Assembly (NCBI RefSeq): GCF_018350175.1
Contig: NC_058368.1
Span: 65,040,001-65,104,000 of the forward strand
Direction: 5' to 3'
From: Felis catus
Lineage: Eukaryota
DNA length: 64,000 nucleotides
Under the pieces are notes generated by a model. That model was not told the DNA's origin, did not search any database, and saw only the letters and a list, made by a program, of their open reading frames with translations. Position numbers and translations under genes: made by a program. This document shows, one piece after another, positions 1-13,204 of the stretch (the first letter of the stretch is position 1; each line of letters begins with the position of its first letter).

Positions 1-2220
1 ACTCAATGAGCTTGAAGTTAGGGCAGTAAAAATTCCAAAACTGAAAAGTAAAAAGAAAAGAAGAATGAACAGAATACTACAGAAAATCAAAGAAGAAAAT
101 CTTGAAAGAAGCCAGAGGACAAAAGCACACCTTACTCATTTACTGAGTGAGGGACAAGGATGAGAATCACACGAGATTTCTCTTCAGAAATCATGCAAAC
201 AAGAAGGAAATGAAATGTGACATTTAGAGTGTTGAAAGAAGAAAAGAGGGGTGGGGAAAAAAAGTGTTGAAAGAAAAAAAGCAACTAACCTAGAAATCTG
301 AATCCAGCAAAATTATTCTTCAAAAGTAAAAGGCAAATAAAGACTTTCTCAAACAACCAAAAATCGAGAGGATTTTTGTCAGCAGATCTGCCAGATATGG
401 AATGTTAAGAAGTTCTTAAGAGAGAAGAAAAAGGGTGTTCAGAAGCTAGAATCTACATAAAGAGAAAAATATTAGAGATGGAATAAATGAAAGTAAAATA
501 CTTTTCCCTTTTTCTTAATTGATCTAACAACTAAAATTTTGCTCAAAATATTAATGGCAACAATGTTGGGTGAGCAAAGCTTATGGATAAGTAAAATGGC
601 AGCATTACAACAAACAAGGGAAAGGAACTGGGAACTCCCTGAATTACCCACAGTACCTGTGAAGTGCTATAGTGTTATTTATAAGCAAACTAACTTAGGT
701 TAGTTGTATGTGTAGATTGCAAAGCCTAAGGGAATCATGAAAACTTAAAAGAAAAAAAGCATAATTGATACATTAAGAGAGTATAGAAAATGGACACATT
801 CAAAATTCTGTTAAAACAAGGCACAAAAAGAAATCAGACAACAAAATAAAGAACCATAAATATGAAATAGTTACAGATACAGAGGATAGTAGTCCAACTA
901 TATCAATAATCTCTTTAAATATTAATGGTCTAACTATGCCAATTAAAAAGACAGACACTGTCAGAGTGGATTTAGTAGAGAAATTGAATCAATAATCATT
1001 GTTTCTTCCAAAACAGAAAACACTGGTCCCAGATGATTTCACTGTTTTTTCTACCAAATACTTAAAAAAGACCTACCAATATCTGCAATCCTCCACAAAA
1101 CAGAAGCAGAGGGAATACTTCCTAACCTATCCTATGAAGCCAACATAATATCAAAATCATACAAAAACATTATCAGGAAAGGAAAACTACAAATATCGTT
1201 CATGATCATAGAGGCAAACCTTAACAAACTATCAGCAAAGCCAAATTCAATATTGTATGAAAAGAATTATGTACTGTGATCAAGTGGCATTAATTCTCAG
1301 TATACAGGACTGGTTTAACAATCAACGATCAACTAATGTAATCCATTACATCAACAAGCTAATGAAGCAATATATGATCATATTTAGATGCAGAAGAAGC
1401 ATTTGACAAAAGTCAACACTCATTCAAGATAAAACTGCTCCACAAAGTAGGAATAAAAGGGACCTTTTCAACCTGACAAGGAACATCAATTAAAAAATCT
1501 ACAGACAACAGTGGTGAGAAATTAGATGCTCTTCCCTACAAACAGAAACAAGACAAAAACAATCTCACCACCCCTATTCAATATTGTACTGGAAGTTCTC
1601 ACTAATGTAAGACAACAAAAGAAAATAAAAGGTGTACAGATTGGGAAGGGAAAGATAAAACTGTCTTTGTTTGCAAATTACTTGATTTACTTGATATAGA
1701 AAACCACAAAGAATCAACAAAAACTGTCAATAATAAGTAGTAATGGCAAGTTTTCAAGATACAAAGTTAATGTACAAAAATCAGTTGCTTTACAATTTAC
1801 CAGCAATAAATAATTAGAAATTTAAATTTAAAAACCCAACACGATTTATATTATGCCAAAAAGGATAAAATACTTAGGTACAAATCTAACAAAATATATA
1901 CAGATGCTATAGGAGGGAAACTACAAAACTCTGATAAAAGAAAGAAAATCTAGGGGCGCCTGGGTGGCTCAGTCGGTTGAGCATCTGGCTTCGGCTCAGG
2001 TCATGATCTCAGGGTTTGTGAGTTCGAGTCCCCCAATTGGGCTCTGTGCTGACAGAGCTTGGAGCCTGCTTCAGATACTGTGTCTCCCTCTGTCTCTGCT
2101 TGCTCCTCCCCTGATCGTGCTCTGTCTCTCTCTCTCAAAAATAAATAAAGATTAAAAAAATTTAAAGAAAAGAAAAGAAAGAAAATCTAAATATATGGAG
2201 ATATATTCCATGTTCATGGT
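1..2220 (+). mobile_element. Old L1 (L1M-type) remnant: ORF1 3' part, start of ORF2 endonuclease, internal deletion, RT region
   Basis: L1-like phrases gatttctcttcagaaatcatgcaa (ORF1), aatggtctaactatgccaattaaaaagacaga (EN start), gatgcagaagaagcatttgacaaaa and ctgtctttgtttgcaaat (RT); many stops and indels; interrupted by a SINE at 1953. Confidence 0.85.
1953..2172 (+). mobile_element. Can-SINE (SINEC_Fc-like)
   Basis: ggggcgcctgggtggctcagtcggtt head, (CT)n, AATAAA/A tail; 17-bp TSD aaaagaaagaaaatcta at 1936-1952 and 2173-2189. Confidence 0.97.
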
Positions 2221-2727
2221 AATTCTGTGTATTTTCTGTCCAATTTTTCTGTAAACCTAAAATGCTAAAAAAAAATAGTCTACTAATGTGAAAACAAAAA
2301 TAATATGGACAATAATGTTTGAAAAGTGTTTAAAAAGACTGAAGGGAAATATTCCAAAATGTGCTGCCTTAGGTGATATAACTGTTTTACTTCTATAGAC
2401 TCTCCAAATAAAAAGAGGCATATGCTACTTTTATAAGAGAAAAAAAAATCTTAATTACTAACATCATGAATCAGTAAATTCAGAAACTTTCAGTAATATA
2501 GCAAACAGCTTTATTTTTCCATGTGCTGTCCCTATTTTTTTACAATGTCAAATGCAATTGATACTACTTAACAAAGAAGGATTATATTCTTCTATGAAAT
2601 TTTATTATCAGAGTTATAACCGTGTAATGTTAAAAAGAATTCTTGCCTTCACAAGAAGTTTTAAATAATCATTTAAACATATGAAAGGATGCTTACTTCA
2701 CTCATAAGTTTAAAAAAGCCAAACAAT

Positions 2728-2930
2728 GGGGCACCCGGGTGGCTCTGTGAGTTTAGCCACCGACTCTTGATTTGGGCTCAGATCATGATCTCGGGTTTGT
2801 GAGACTGAGCCCCAGGTCAGTCTCCTTCCTGACAGCGCAGAGCCTGCTTCTCTCTCTCTCTCTGCCACTCTCCCCTGCTTGCACGCTCTCTCAAAATATT
2901 TCTTTAAAAATTAAAAAAATAAATGAACAG
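2728..2930 (+). mobile_element. Can-SINE, older and diverged
   Basis: ggggcacccgggtggctc head, CT-rich body, A tail; degenerate TSD aaaaaagccaaacaa / aaaagagcaaaacaa. Confidence 0.9.
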
Positions 2931-2955
2931 AAAAGAGCAAAACAAAAGCATTTCC

Positions 2956-3162
2956 TTTTTTTTTTTTTTAATGTTTGTTTATTTTTGAGAGAGAGAGAAA
3001 GAGCAAGCAGGAGAGGCGCAGAGAGGGAAGGAGGAGACACAGGATCCAAAGCAGGCTCTGCGCTGATAGCAGAGAGCCCAAGGCGGGGCTCAAACGCAGG
3101 AACAGAGATCATGACCTGAGCTGAAGTACCACACTTAACCGACTAAGCCACCCAGGTGCCCC
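2956..3162 (-). mobile_element. Can-SINE
   Basis: T-run, (GA)n, gagatcatgacctgagctgaagt, ends ccacccaggtgcccc. Confidence 0.95.
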
Positions 3163-3200
3163 ATGAAGTATCATTTCTCACATACGAAACGGAGAAACTT

Positions 3201-3405
3201 TTTTTTTGGGGGGGGGGGGGGGGACAGAGAGAGACAGAGCATGAGCGGGGGAGGGGCAGAGAGAGAGGGAGACACAGAATCAGAAACAGGCTCCAGGCTC
3301 TGAGCCATCAGCCCAGAGCCCGACGCGGGGCTCGAACTCACGGACCGCGAGATCGTGACCTGGCTGAAGTCAGACGCTTAACCCACTGCGCCACCCAGGC
3401 GACCC
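3201..3405 (-). mobile_element. Young SINEC_Fc with G16 run at its 3' end
   Basis: Near-consensus young felid SINE body; 17-bp perfect TSD acgaaacggagaaactt at 3184-3200 and 3406-3422. Confidence 0.96.
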
Positions 3406-3422
3406 ACGAAACGGAGAAACTT

Positions 3423-4520
3423 AAAATGACAATAAACAGGATTGACAAGACTATTAGAAAATACACAGGCTCATATATTAATAATGGAAATATAAAATTA
3501 TTCCCTTATTTAGAAGAACTGGCAACTTCTCAAAATACTACAGATAAATGTTTCCATTTGATCCAGCAATCCGATGTGTAAGAATCTATCCCAAAGGCAC
3601 ATCCATCCTGTAAATACAACATGACATTGCAACAAGATTATTCACTGCAGCATTATCTGTAATGTTAAAAAAAATCGAAACCTCTCAAGTGTTTATCAGT
3701 AAGGAACTGGTGAAATACATTTTGGAAAATCAAAACAATGAAGTAATATACAATCTCCTTCCCTGGAAAAAGAATGTGGAAGATGTCTCTATATTGATAT
3801 GGAATAATTTTCAAGAGACACTGTCAAGTGAAAATAAGGCACAGAACAATGGAAATTACAGCTATGTTTAGTAAGAAAAGAGAGGAAAAAGAAGACACAC
3901 ACATAAAATAAACATACTTGCAGCAACAACAAACACAAGAAAAACCTTCAAAGAGAATCCAGAAAGTAAAAATGGTTACATTTGAAGGGGGAAGATTACG
4001 GAAGTAACACATATGAGCGTTCCTTTTCATATAACTCTGATTTGGGGTCTATTTCAATGTTTTACACATTAAAATTCAAAATCCAAACAAAATGAATGAA
4101 AGAGCCCTAAAATTGAAAACAAAATAAAACTAGCCAATCTAACAGTATGACAAATTGACAACAAATCATCTCAGAGGAAAAAAAAAAAACTTACATTGAC
4201 AGTACTTAATTGCCCATCTTTAATAAGATAAATTCTAAGGCAATAAAGAACTAGAAGGGGATCTTAAATTTTATTCAGCAATTGGTATTTGTAATAATAC
4301 AGCTGTTTTAAACTATTGTATGTGTGCGTGTGCGTAAATTCAAAACCTATAGTTTAAAACGTGTACGTACGTATACCTTGTTTACGTCCTGTATGTATTA
4401 AAGTATTAATTTTAATATTAAAACAAGATTTTCAGTATAAGACAAAATATATTCAAGAAAAAAAATCCATGAAGCTGAGTGAATCTCTGGTATGTTAAAA
4501 ATGCAATAGGAATATCAGTA
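3423..4520 (+). mobile_element. Old L1 3'-end fragments (L1MC/ME-like)
   Basis: gatccagcaatc...agaatctatcccaaagg and attattcactgcagcattat resemble the L1 3' ORF2/UTR; highly decayed. Confidence 0.6.
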
Positions 4521-4934
4521 GGATTTTTGTTTCCACTGCAAAGACCAGGAAGTCATAATTACGCCAGGATTACTGGTCCAGGAAGCGGGAAAAGTGAACT
4601 GGAGTTACAAGTAGGAGGATAAGAAAGACGTAAAAGATTGACCTAATTTTCTTTATAATCCTGCTTTCAGCCAAGCCCTGGGAGCTCTTCTAAGGAAACT
4701 CTGGACCCTCCATGGGCTTCCTCTTAGTCCTAAACTGAGGAGAGATCAGGCCCTCTCTACTGGTGGGAGTATAACTATTCCATCCTTTCTTTGGGGCCAG
4801 ATGTGCAGTTCCAGGGGGCAAAACTTATTTCCTAATAGTACTAATCCCATAAATGTATGGAGGTTCATGAAGGAAGTAGAATTAATCATATGTCAGGAAC
4901 AACGGAGCAATCGTACACTTCAGTCAGCCTCTAG

Positions 4935-5032
4935 AGAGCTGTGAGGACTCTGGTAAGTCGCTGACCCTCTCAAAGTTTCAATTTGTTTATTCATCTGTAA
5001 AATAAAGGGGTTGAACTGTGACCTCCAAGGTT
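4935..5032 (+). mobile_element. MIR fragment
   Basis: aagtcgctgaccctctc...ttcatctgtaaaataaagggg matches the MIR core. Confidence 0.7.
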
Positions 5033-5324
5033 ACTTATAATAAAAGTATATCTGAATATCCAATATGGCTCACTTTATATGGCAGATATCCATTACTGTA
5101 GAAAGTTAACTGCAACCCTGTTTGAAGAAGCCTGTGAAACAAGTCACTACTTTTTTTGTCCAAAAATCACTCACTTTACAATAAGGGAAGAAATAACATT
5201 TTCTTAGCATAAGACATGGACCCCTTTTCCCTTTTAAATAACGTTAAGAGTTAGCTGTCAAAGCACAAAAGAATGTAAAAACAATTTCACTCTGTCAATT
5301 AGATTCTGACAGTCTTTTTCTTCC

Positions 5325-5328
<4 letters not shown>

Positions 5329-5355
<27 letters not shown>
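5329..5355. repeat. (TG)n microsatellite
   Basis: About 13 perfect TG units. Confidence 0.98.
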
Positions 5356-5356
<1 letters not shown>

Positions 5357-6929
5357 TAATAGCACAATAAAGAAGTGTCTCTGTCCTATGCTTTCAGCAA
5401 ATAACAATTTTGAAGATGTAAAATGGAGACAAGAGAAGGGATGCTTTGTGCAGGCTGTACATTTCAGCCCCGCTCCCTTTTCTCAACACTTGAGTTGCTG
5501 TTTGGTTTTGCCTGAACAGTTTGTCTGCACTCATTTTTGACTTCCTCAAAGGAGTCGTGTTCTCTACTAGAACAATGTGACCCAAACCACCACCAAGAGA
5601 CTAAGACTTTCTTCTAATACTCAGGCCCTAATGGAAAGAAGAGCAACGCGAAAATCTAACTTGTACATGAGAGTGTAATTTGAAGGCAGCAAAATCCTTT
5701 TTCTCAGAGAGGACAGACAGGTTGTCTCTGCAGCAGAAAACAGGAGCTACTACCAAGAAAAATTGACCATCCTTTCCTAAATCCTGAAAAGTATTTAATT
5801 TCTGGAAGATTGGTTTTGGCGTACAAATCAATTAACTCATTCTCTTCGCGCTACCATTCCTACTGGCAATGACACAATTATTTTGTCACTGCTCTAGTCT
5901 CTTCCAAATCAGCCTGATGATGCTCATTAATCTCCTTGTGACAGCTATCATTTTGAGTGTGAAAGGGCAGTAGGTGTCCTGGTTTTGAAAAGAGAAATAG
6001 CAAAGATAATGAATTCCCTGTAGAAATGAGCAATTCAGTGAAAATGTGTTCAAAGCTCAGTGTTCTCCATCATAAGGAAACAAAGCCTGGACCCACTGGA
6101 AGACATGCACAATTTACATACCCACAGGAAAGGTATCTGGCTCCTTGAACTACAAAAGGGAACAAATAAGTTTCAGTGCTAGAATTGGATGCTTGTTAGA
6201 GAGATTCCGGAGAAAAGGACTTTGTCTTTGTTTTAGGTCATTTGAAACATGAACGTGTTTGGTCCTATGTTCAGCTCAGCATAGGTAATAAAGTACTGAT
6301 GTTGGCAGAAAAGATAAAGAACTTTGCTTCATGTTCAAAAATGAGAAGCTTCATTAAGGATTCATTTGGGATCAGGTTCAAGGCAAGGGCCCATAGAGGA
6401 AGACTGTGGTCAAAGAAAAGTCAGGTCCCAACTCCCCGATGTGGCAACCAAACTCAGGTCCAAGTAGGCACCAAGGTGGCCAAATTAGTGGCAAACTCTG
6501 AAATCAGGTCAGGCAAGCTAGACACAGTGACCCGTGGATGCCATCCATCTTAAACTCATTGACATCTGGTTTGGAAAGAGGAGGCATCTGGTAGAAGGAG
6601 ATGTGGAAGGGAGGAGGCGGCGGCAGAGGGGAAAAAAGGACCCCCAATCTGGCAAGGGGAGCTAGAAGTGGGAGGATGGCCTATGGTCGGTACGCATGCA
6701 ACTTAAGAGGTCTTGGATTGCCACTCCAGTTACCTAGGACCCTTTTCAAGAAGCATCACAGCTTCAGAGTACATTGCTTTATTCATAGGTTTATTCAGGG
6801 TTGTTCTATTCAGGGTTTAGAGTGCATCGATCAGGTAGCATGCAAATCGGCATGTACATTTCCACGTTAACTATTCATCTCCTCTATAAATTTGGGGGTG
6901 GATTACTAACCTTCCTTTGAAGCATTTGT

Positions 6930-7045
6930 TTAATGAAGAATCATCCACACCTCATAGGTTATAGTGAGGACAAAATGAAACAATGGTTGTAAAGAACTTC
7001 ACGTGATCCCTGATACATGGTCATCATTCTCACTAACGCCGGCTG
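6930..7045 (+). mobile_element. MIR 3' fragment
   Basis: cacctcataggttatagtgaggacaaaatga...tgtaaagaacttc matches the MIR 3' half. Confidence 0.7.
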
Positions 7046-10000
7046 TATTAACTCATACCTTTCGTTACCAACTCCTGAGAATTCAGGTTGTCTATAAGTG
7101 AAATTTGGGGAGCAAGGCAAGTGATTACTTTTCAAGGTCTCAGAGGTTTATGTCCTCACTAGATTAAAAGAGGAGGAAAGAAAGGGTGGGAGGAAAGCTA
7201 TCTAAAATAACTCCTTTGGTGACATTGACTCAATCACTATGGACAGGTGGGCTAATGGCCACATATCAGATCAGGAAAGGACTCAGAGCAGGGTCCCCAT
7301 GTTTGGAGAACCGGGATAGGCAGTCCTCTTCAACTTCACCAGGTGTTGCTGACAGAGTGACCGCTGTGTTCTACCCCGTTTTGTTCAATAAGCCCTGTGG
7401 TCTTATTACATTATTTTTCTTGGCACGATGATTTTTAGGAACACATACATTTCATCATAGCAGAATTGACTGTCCTAACAATCCTTGATTGTATATACAT
7501 TTTTACTAATATCACTATATGCTTATTAAAAAACACACACACAGCAGAAAGGAACCAACTAGAACAACAGCTGGTTTTAATGTGAGGAGGAAATACCCTT
7601 TGTCCAAAAAAGCCACAGTCTGGGCCCTGGATGCCACTTCTACTTTGGCTAAAAGAGCTTTGCAAAGAACTTGTTTTATACATTGGAGGATGCACGAATA
7701 TTTTTTTTTAATCCCAGATCTATTAAAGTTCTGCGTTTCATTGAGTAAATTGGAACTGTGAGCAATGAAGCAAGATTTGCTCGAGGTCCCATAGCAGAGT
7801 CTTTGTCTTGATCAGCCTGAGAAGCTCTGGTGTCCAGTCAGATGCAGCAATTAAGGGGGGGGGGGCGTGGGTTTGGGCTTCTGCAATTGCTCAGACAAAA
7901 ATGTTCATCATCTGGGGTGTCAGTCTTCTCAATTAAATGAATACAAATACCTTCCCCAGAAGAGGTACCATCAACCTATTTATTAATTGAAGGAATAGAA
8001 GCATTGTAGAATTGGAAGAGACACGGGTGTCAATGCAAGCATGAGTGCATGCTGTTAGTACTTCTCTTGCAAATACCATGCAGGCATTGAGGGGCTCCTG
8101 TATGCACTGTGCATGCTGCTGGAATTAGGGAGACTTAGATATCAAGACAGAAAGGTGAGCGAGGCTTCAGTCAGATCCTATTCATTCCATTTTGACACAC
8201 TACAAAGGTCTTTATATCAGCTTTCCCCCTATATGCAGAGAGAATAACAGTCAATGGTCTCATAATCTTTTGCCCAAAAGCCGGCACACGAGGACCCACC
8301 CTTGTTGTACAAGGACATTTCTAAGCAACAATTAACGTACATGGTGCAGCACAGGTCCAAATAAATCTGAGCGATGAAGAGGCAAAAACTCTAGAAACAG
8401 TTTTCATAATCATCGAATGTTCACTACTATCATTCTGTTTTGCTCAAAATGGTTCCCTGTGTTAGTTGCACAATACATTTTACATGTCAGCAGTCAAAGT
8501 GAGATTAGTAGTGTGTTCGTTTTCAGAGACCAATAATCTAGAGCACTTTAACCATCAACATAAAAGTCTGAAAGTACTTTCCCTACGAGAATTGCTGGTT
8601 TCTCATTTATTTCTGACTCAGGCAAGAGGATGACAGCAACAGGAGAGCGGCAATCATGCTCCTTCTTTCAAGAGTCTCTATGCTGGGTCACTGTCTGCTG
8701 CAGAAAATGCTAATGTCTGCTTCATTCTGACTATCAGTTGTACTCAGAAAGTCGAGGAGGGGAATGAAGGGGGAAGCCCTAGGATAATTGCTTTTATTTC
8801 AACTCATTGCAGAGAGGAAGTGCATGACAGATAATATAATGCATATGCATCAAGAAAAGGATAATTCACTTCAGATAAAGTATGAATCTGGAGGAAATAA
8901 AGCAAGAATAAGCCCTCCCCTGTCCACAAATCTGTCTCCAGTATGAGAGAATTCCAATGGAAGAGGTGCGAATTCATCTTTAAAATGGGAATTCATCTTT
9001 AAGGTATCTGAAATATCATGGCTGTGTAGGACGAAACAGGACCATGGAGACCACCTTTCTTTTATTCTCATCATAAATCAGCATTTTCTGGCTGCTCTAC
9101 AAGCTGCAGTCTGAGAATTGAATTCAGTGCTAAAGGCCAAGTGTTTAAGCCGCTCTGGCATGCATTTATTTCACTGCGAGATTTAGATACCAACACAATG
9201 GAAGCTACTTTCCTTTGATCCAAGCGAAAAACAAAAACAAAAAAGATGGAAGAGGGTCCCCAAATCCAGTGGTATGTCAGTTTAATTCACGGTCTAAATT
9301 GAAGTCATAAGCACCTTAAAGGCTTGGTGACTGAATAAGAAGCTGCCTAGCTCCTCAGGTGCTATGATGACACAAACATCTTCCAGAGAAAGAGGTAAAA
9401 ATAAGATGGGTATCTTTAAAAAGATTTCATCTGATTTGTGATTGTTTTAAAGAGACCCAGCATAACTGAGGGAGTGACCTGAGAACAGACAGGTCCCATA
9501 TCTGTGTGTTATAGAAAGTTCTTAGAACTACAGCTCATTGTTTATCTGTGTTTAAAAACTGCCATGGGAAAGCTCTGTTAGGTAGTGTTCCATGACTCTG
9601 CAAATGATTATAGTACATCAGGAACATATGCTCCCACAGTTCATTGCGGTTTTCTTCCCCTCACTCAGGTATCTGAAGGGGATTTGAACAGAAGGAGCCA
9701 GACAGTTTTCCTTCTCAGGAGGAATAGTTTAGAGAAAGGGTACTGAAGAGAACAACTCTGAAAGCAGCCAACCACCAACTGAGTGAGATGCTTGAAATAC
9801 TGAAAGTTGTTCTCCGGTGTTGCTTATGGTTTCTGACTTAACACACAGCACTGGTAGCTAATATCCAATATTCACAATAATCATTTCAGAAGAGAGCTTT
9901 TTAGTCACTTAAATCTCCGAAGTTCAAGGTCACAGATTTTTTTTCCTTCATGTAAGACATCACAGGCATTAAATTAGAACTACTATCTAGGATGGTATTG

Positions 10001-10059
10001 AAATGTCCAAATAATTTTGATTTCTTACAGTTTACCGTCATTTAAAATGATTTTTCACA

Positions 10060-10280
10060 GGGCGCCTGGGTGGCTTTAAGTGATTGAGCATCCAACTCTT
10101 GATTTTGGCTCAGGTCATGGTCCCTGGGTCGTGGGATGGAGCCCTGTGTTGGCCTCCATGCTGAGTGTGCATCCTGCTTGAGATTCATTCATTCATTCAT
10201 TCACTCTCTCTCTCTCTCTCCCCTTCCTCTCCCTCTGCACTTCTTCCCTGCTTGTGCTCACTCTAAAAATTGAAAAATTA
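10060..10280 (+). mobile_element. Can-SINE (older carnivore-type subfamily)
   Basis: gggcgcctgggtggc head, cttgattttggctcaggtcatg; 16-bp TSD aaaatgatttttcaca at 10044-10059 and 10281-10296. Confidence 0.96.
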
Positions 10281-10469
10281 AAAATGATTTTTCACATCTT
10301 TTCTATTATAAAGGCAGAATATTGGATCCTTTCTGAAGTCCCTTTTAGTTATATATTTTTTTAACATATTTACAATATTCTCATCACTTCAGGGGTGATT
10401 CTCTACAAGGAGAGCTACTAGTTTGGGATACTGCATATGCCAAAATCTACAAAAAGAAATAGAAAACTT

Positions 10470-10670
10470 AAGCTTTGCTCTATGTCTGATGTTTTTACAT
10501 ATATCATTTCATACTAACAACCAGCCTATAGGATATTTATTCCAATAGGAATTGGAACCCAGAAAAATGAGAGACATTCCCAAACTCAAGCAGTCAGTAA
10601 GTGCCAAAATCAGGAATTAAATTTAAACTTGAATAGCACCAAAGTCCACATGCTTTCTTCAACTTTGCTC
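10470..10670 (-). mobile_element. MIR
   Basis: cagtcagtaagtgccaaaatcaggaatt...ccaaagtccacatgctttc resembles antisense MIR. Confidence 0.65.
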
Positions 10671-11825
10671 CACCTATTACATTAACTTTCTCTTGGAATT
10701 GTGAAAACACAGGAAATATTATGTTCTACATTTCACTATAAGACAGGAAAATGTCACCAAGAGCATTCCTCTTTGACTCCAAGCCCGTTCAAGACAATAT
10801 TGTATGCCACTCTTGGCATCAACAGGGCCAGTTGTGGTACCTCACATATTGAATATATTCAGAAAGTAAGTTGAATAAATAAATTGCCCCCTAAGAGATA
10901 AGTGACTGAAAAAATTAAGTGTGAGTTCAGACATATTTGATTTATCCCTGAAAAAGATACAATTCTTCCACTGTTATTGATTAGAACTTTTTTTCAAAAT
11001 TTCTCATTCCAGGAATTTGTAACATTTACAAAATTCCAAAAGTTATACATTCTAATATTTAAAGAACATAATTTCAATATGATAGCAATGTCTAAATTTG
11101 ACATACTAGAAGTCACAGCTGTAATTAAAAGAAAATATACAAATCACTTGAACTTACCAAGATTGTGTAACTATGACATAATCTGCTAGTATCCAATAAG
11201 CCCTGCTCTTTTAGGAAATCCTCAAAGTGACTGAATATTTAAATTTATACCTCTGCATGAACCATTGAGACTTTAACAAATAGGAATTAGTAATTTGCTA
11301 TAAATATTAAATGTTCAGTTTTTCTACTTTAATATCACCACCTTTTCTATCTTGAATGAGACCTCTATTGATTCTGACTTGGTTTAGAAGAGAGATTCCC
11401 ATTCCGTTTCATAATCCTTAAGGTTATCACTATTTGTACAAAAGGGAGTGATAACCATCCTGTAAGCAAAATTAATTTTAATCCACTTTTGTAAAAAAAA
11501 AAAAAAAAAAGTATTTCCAAATATCAGTGTGAGCCATTTTAGCATTAGGCGTTACAAACCAAGCAACATAAAAAAAAAACAAAAACGGTATTACCACTCA
11601 ATAATTTTGGCAGCATAGCGAGTTCTCCACATTCCAAATCTATTTGACGAAATACACAGCTTATTTTCTACTGTCTTCATTTACCTGACTCAGAGTTCTG
11701 ATTATCCTCAAGGCATTGCTCCTGTCCAAGTGAAAACTCTATTATAGCTTTACCTAGATTTTTAGTGGATACTGGGAAACTAAAAGGACATCTGGGAAAA
11801 GATGGCAAATTGAACACATATTTAC

Positions 11826-11826
<1 letters not shown>

Positions 11827-11866
<40 letters not shown>
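11827..11866. repeat. (CA)n microsatellite
   Basis: About 20 perfect AC units. Confidence 0.98.
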
Positions 11867-11867
<1 letters not shown>

Positions 11868-12235
11868 AGCAAGAAGATATATCTAAAAACCTAACCATAT
11901 AAGGACAGATGAAATGGGGAGAACAAGGGATGTAGCCACAACATTTTGTGAATTAAATAGCAGAAGAACAAATGATGATGAATCAGCCAACCCAGCTAAG
12001 TTGAAACTCAAGCAAGCACTAGAAAGAACCAAGAAGCAACCTTATTTGCAGTTCACACAGACACAGAATATTGATGTAATCAAAACTATGATGAAACAGA
12101 GCTGGAAAGGGGAGAAGATGGGGAATGTGAGTGTGTTTGAACTGAATCATCTTCCATAGTAGGAGGTCAACACCTGATGCTTAATGTTGAAAAGGCAAAG
12201 AGGAGAGACAAAAGCAAATTATTTAAAGATCTAGA

Positions 12236-12361
12236 GGGGCACCTGGGTGGTTCAGTCAGTTAAGCATCTGACTTCAGCTCAGGTCACGATCTCATGGTCT
12301 GTGAATTCGAGCCCCTAGTCAGGCTCTGTGCAGACAACTCAGAGCCTGGAACCTGCTTCAG

Positions 12362-12415
<54 letters not shown>

Positions 12416-12467
12416 CCTCCCCTGCTCATGCTCTGTCTCTAAGAAATAAAATAAAAACATTAAAAAA
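12236..12467 (+). mobile_element. Can-SINE with expanded (CT)n
   Basis: Typical head and tail; (CT)n about 12365-12412; 15-bp TSD atttaaagatctaga at 12221-12235 and 12468-12482. Confidence 0.97.
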
Positions 12468-13204
12468 ATTTAAAGATCTAGAAATAATAGCAAAACTAAC
12501 AGAATTTTACATAGTTGAAAACATTGGTTACTCGAAGGAACAGAAAAATGGGAGAGAGCACAGGGGGACATGCTTCTTCACATGAAAAGTTAAAGCATTT
12601 ACATATGTGTATCTGTAACAGATAAAAACAAACTAAACTCAAAGAGATAATGATCACTTCTTTTGCTATAACAAAGACAAAATTTTCTGAGGCCCACAGA
12701 CACATGTAGCTTTCTAGAGAGGTTTTTTTTCCATATCACATTTATCAAAATATTTCAATAGACTGAACAGTTTCATGAGAGTTAGACTGGCTAAACACTT
12801 TCCCACTAACAATACAGGATATTGGACTAGTAAGTTATCCATTTACAAATCCATTTTCCACCTATCTAAAACTGATATTGTCACAAGTTGATGACTTAAG
12901 ACTGTCTCCAGAACATAAATTCTTCTATAACAACTTTGAGTTTGTGTATTCAGTCTTTTAATTTTGTTTCATTACTAAGAGGACAAATCATCCATGCCTT
13001 TTCCTTCCCCCATTCCTCTCCTGTCCCTTTGGCCTAGCCTTGTCTATTCACATTGTTATGCCTCAGCGTTGCTCCTACCAAATGAGCCAGAGAGAATGGG
13101 AGCAGATCACTTACTGATACCATTCTGTATCAATACTGAACTGGAAAATAGTATCAATACACTATGTATCCAAGTGAGTCACTAAGAAATACTCCATTGG
13201 AAGG

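Noticed and set aside
1953..2030. tRNA gene suggested by A-box and B-box motifs
   Set aside because: These are the tRNA-derived heads of Can-SINEs, followed by SINE body and tail
3156..3581. 141-aa ORF and similar Arg-rich or LSLSL ORFs (17717, 24007, 35324)
   Set aside because: Translations of Can-SINE sequence; the same peptide recurs in each copy
4880..4960. Strong donor CTG|gtaagt at 4953
   Set aside because: Derives from the MIR core (ggcaagt variant) and has no good upstream acceptor
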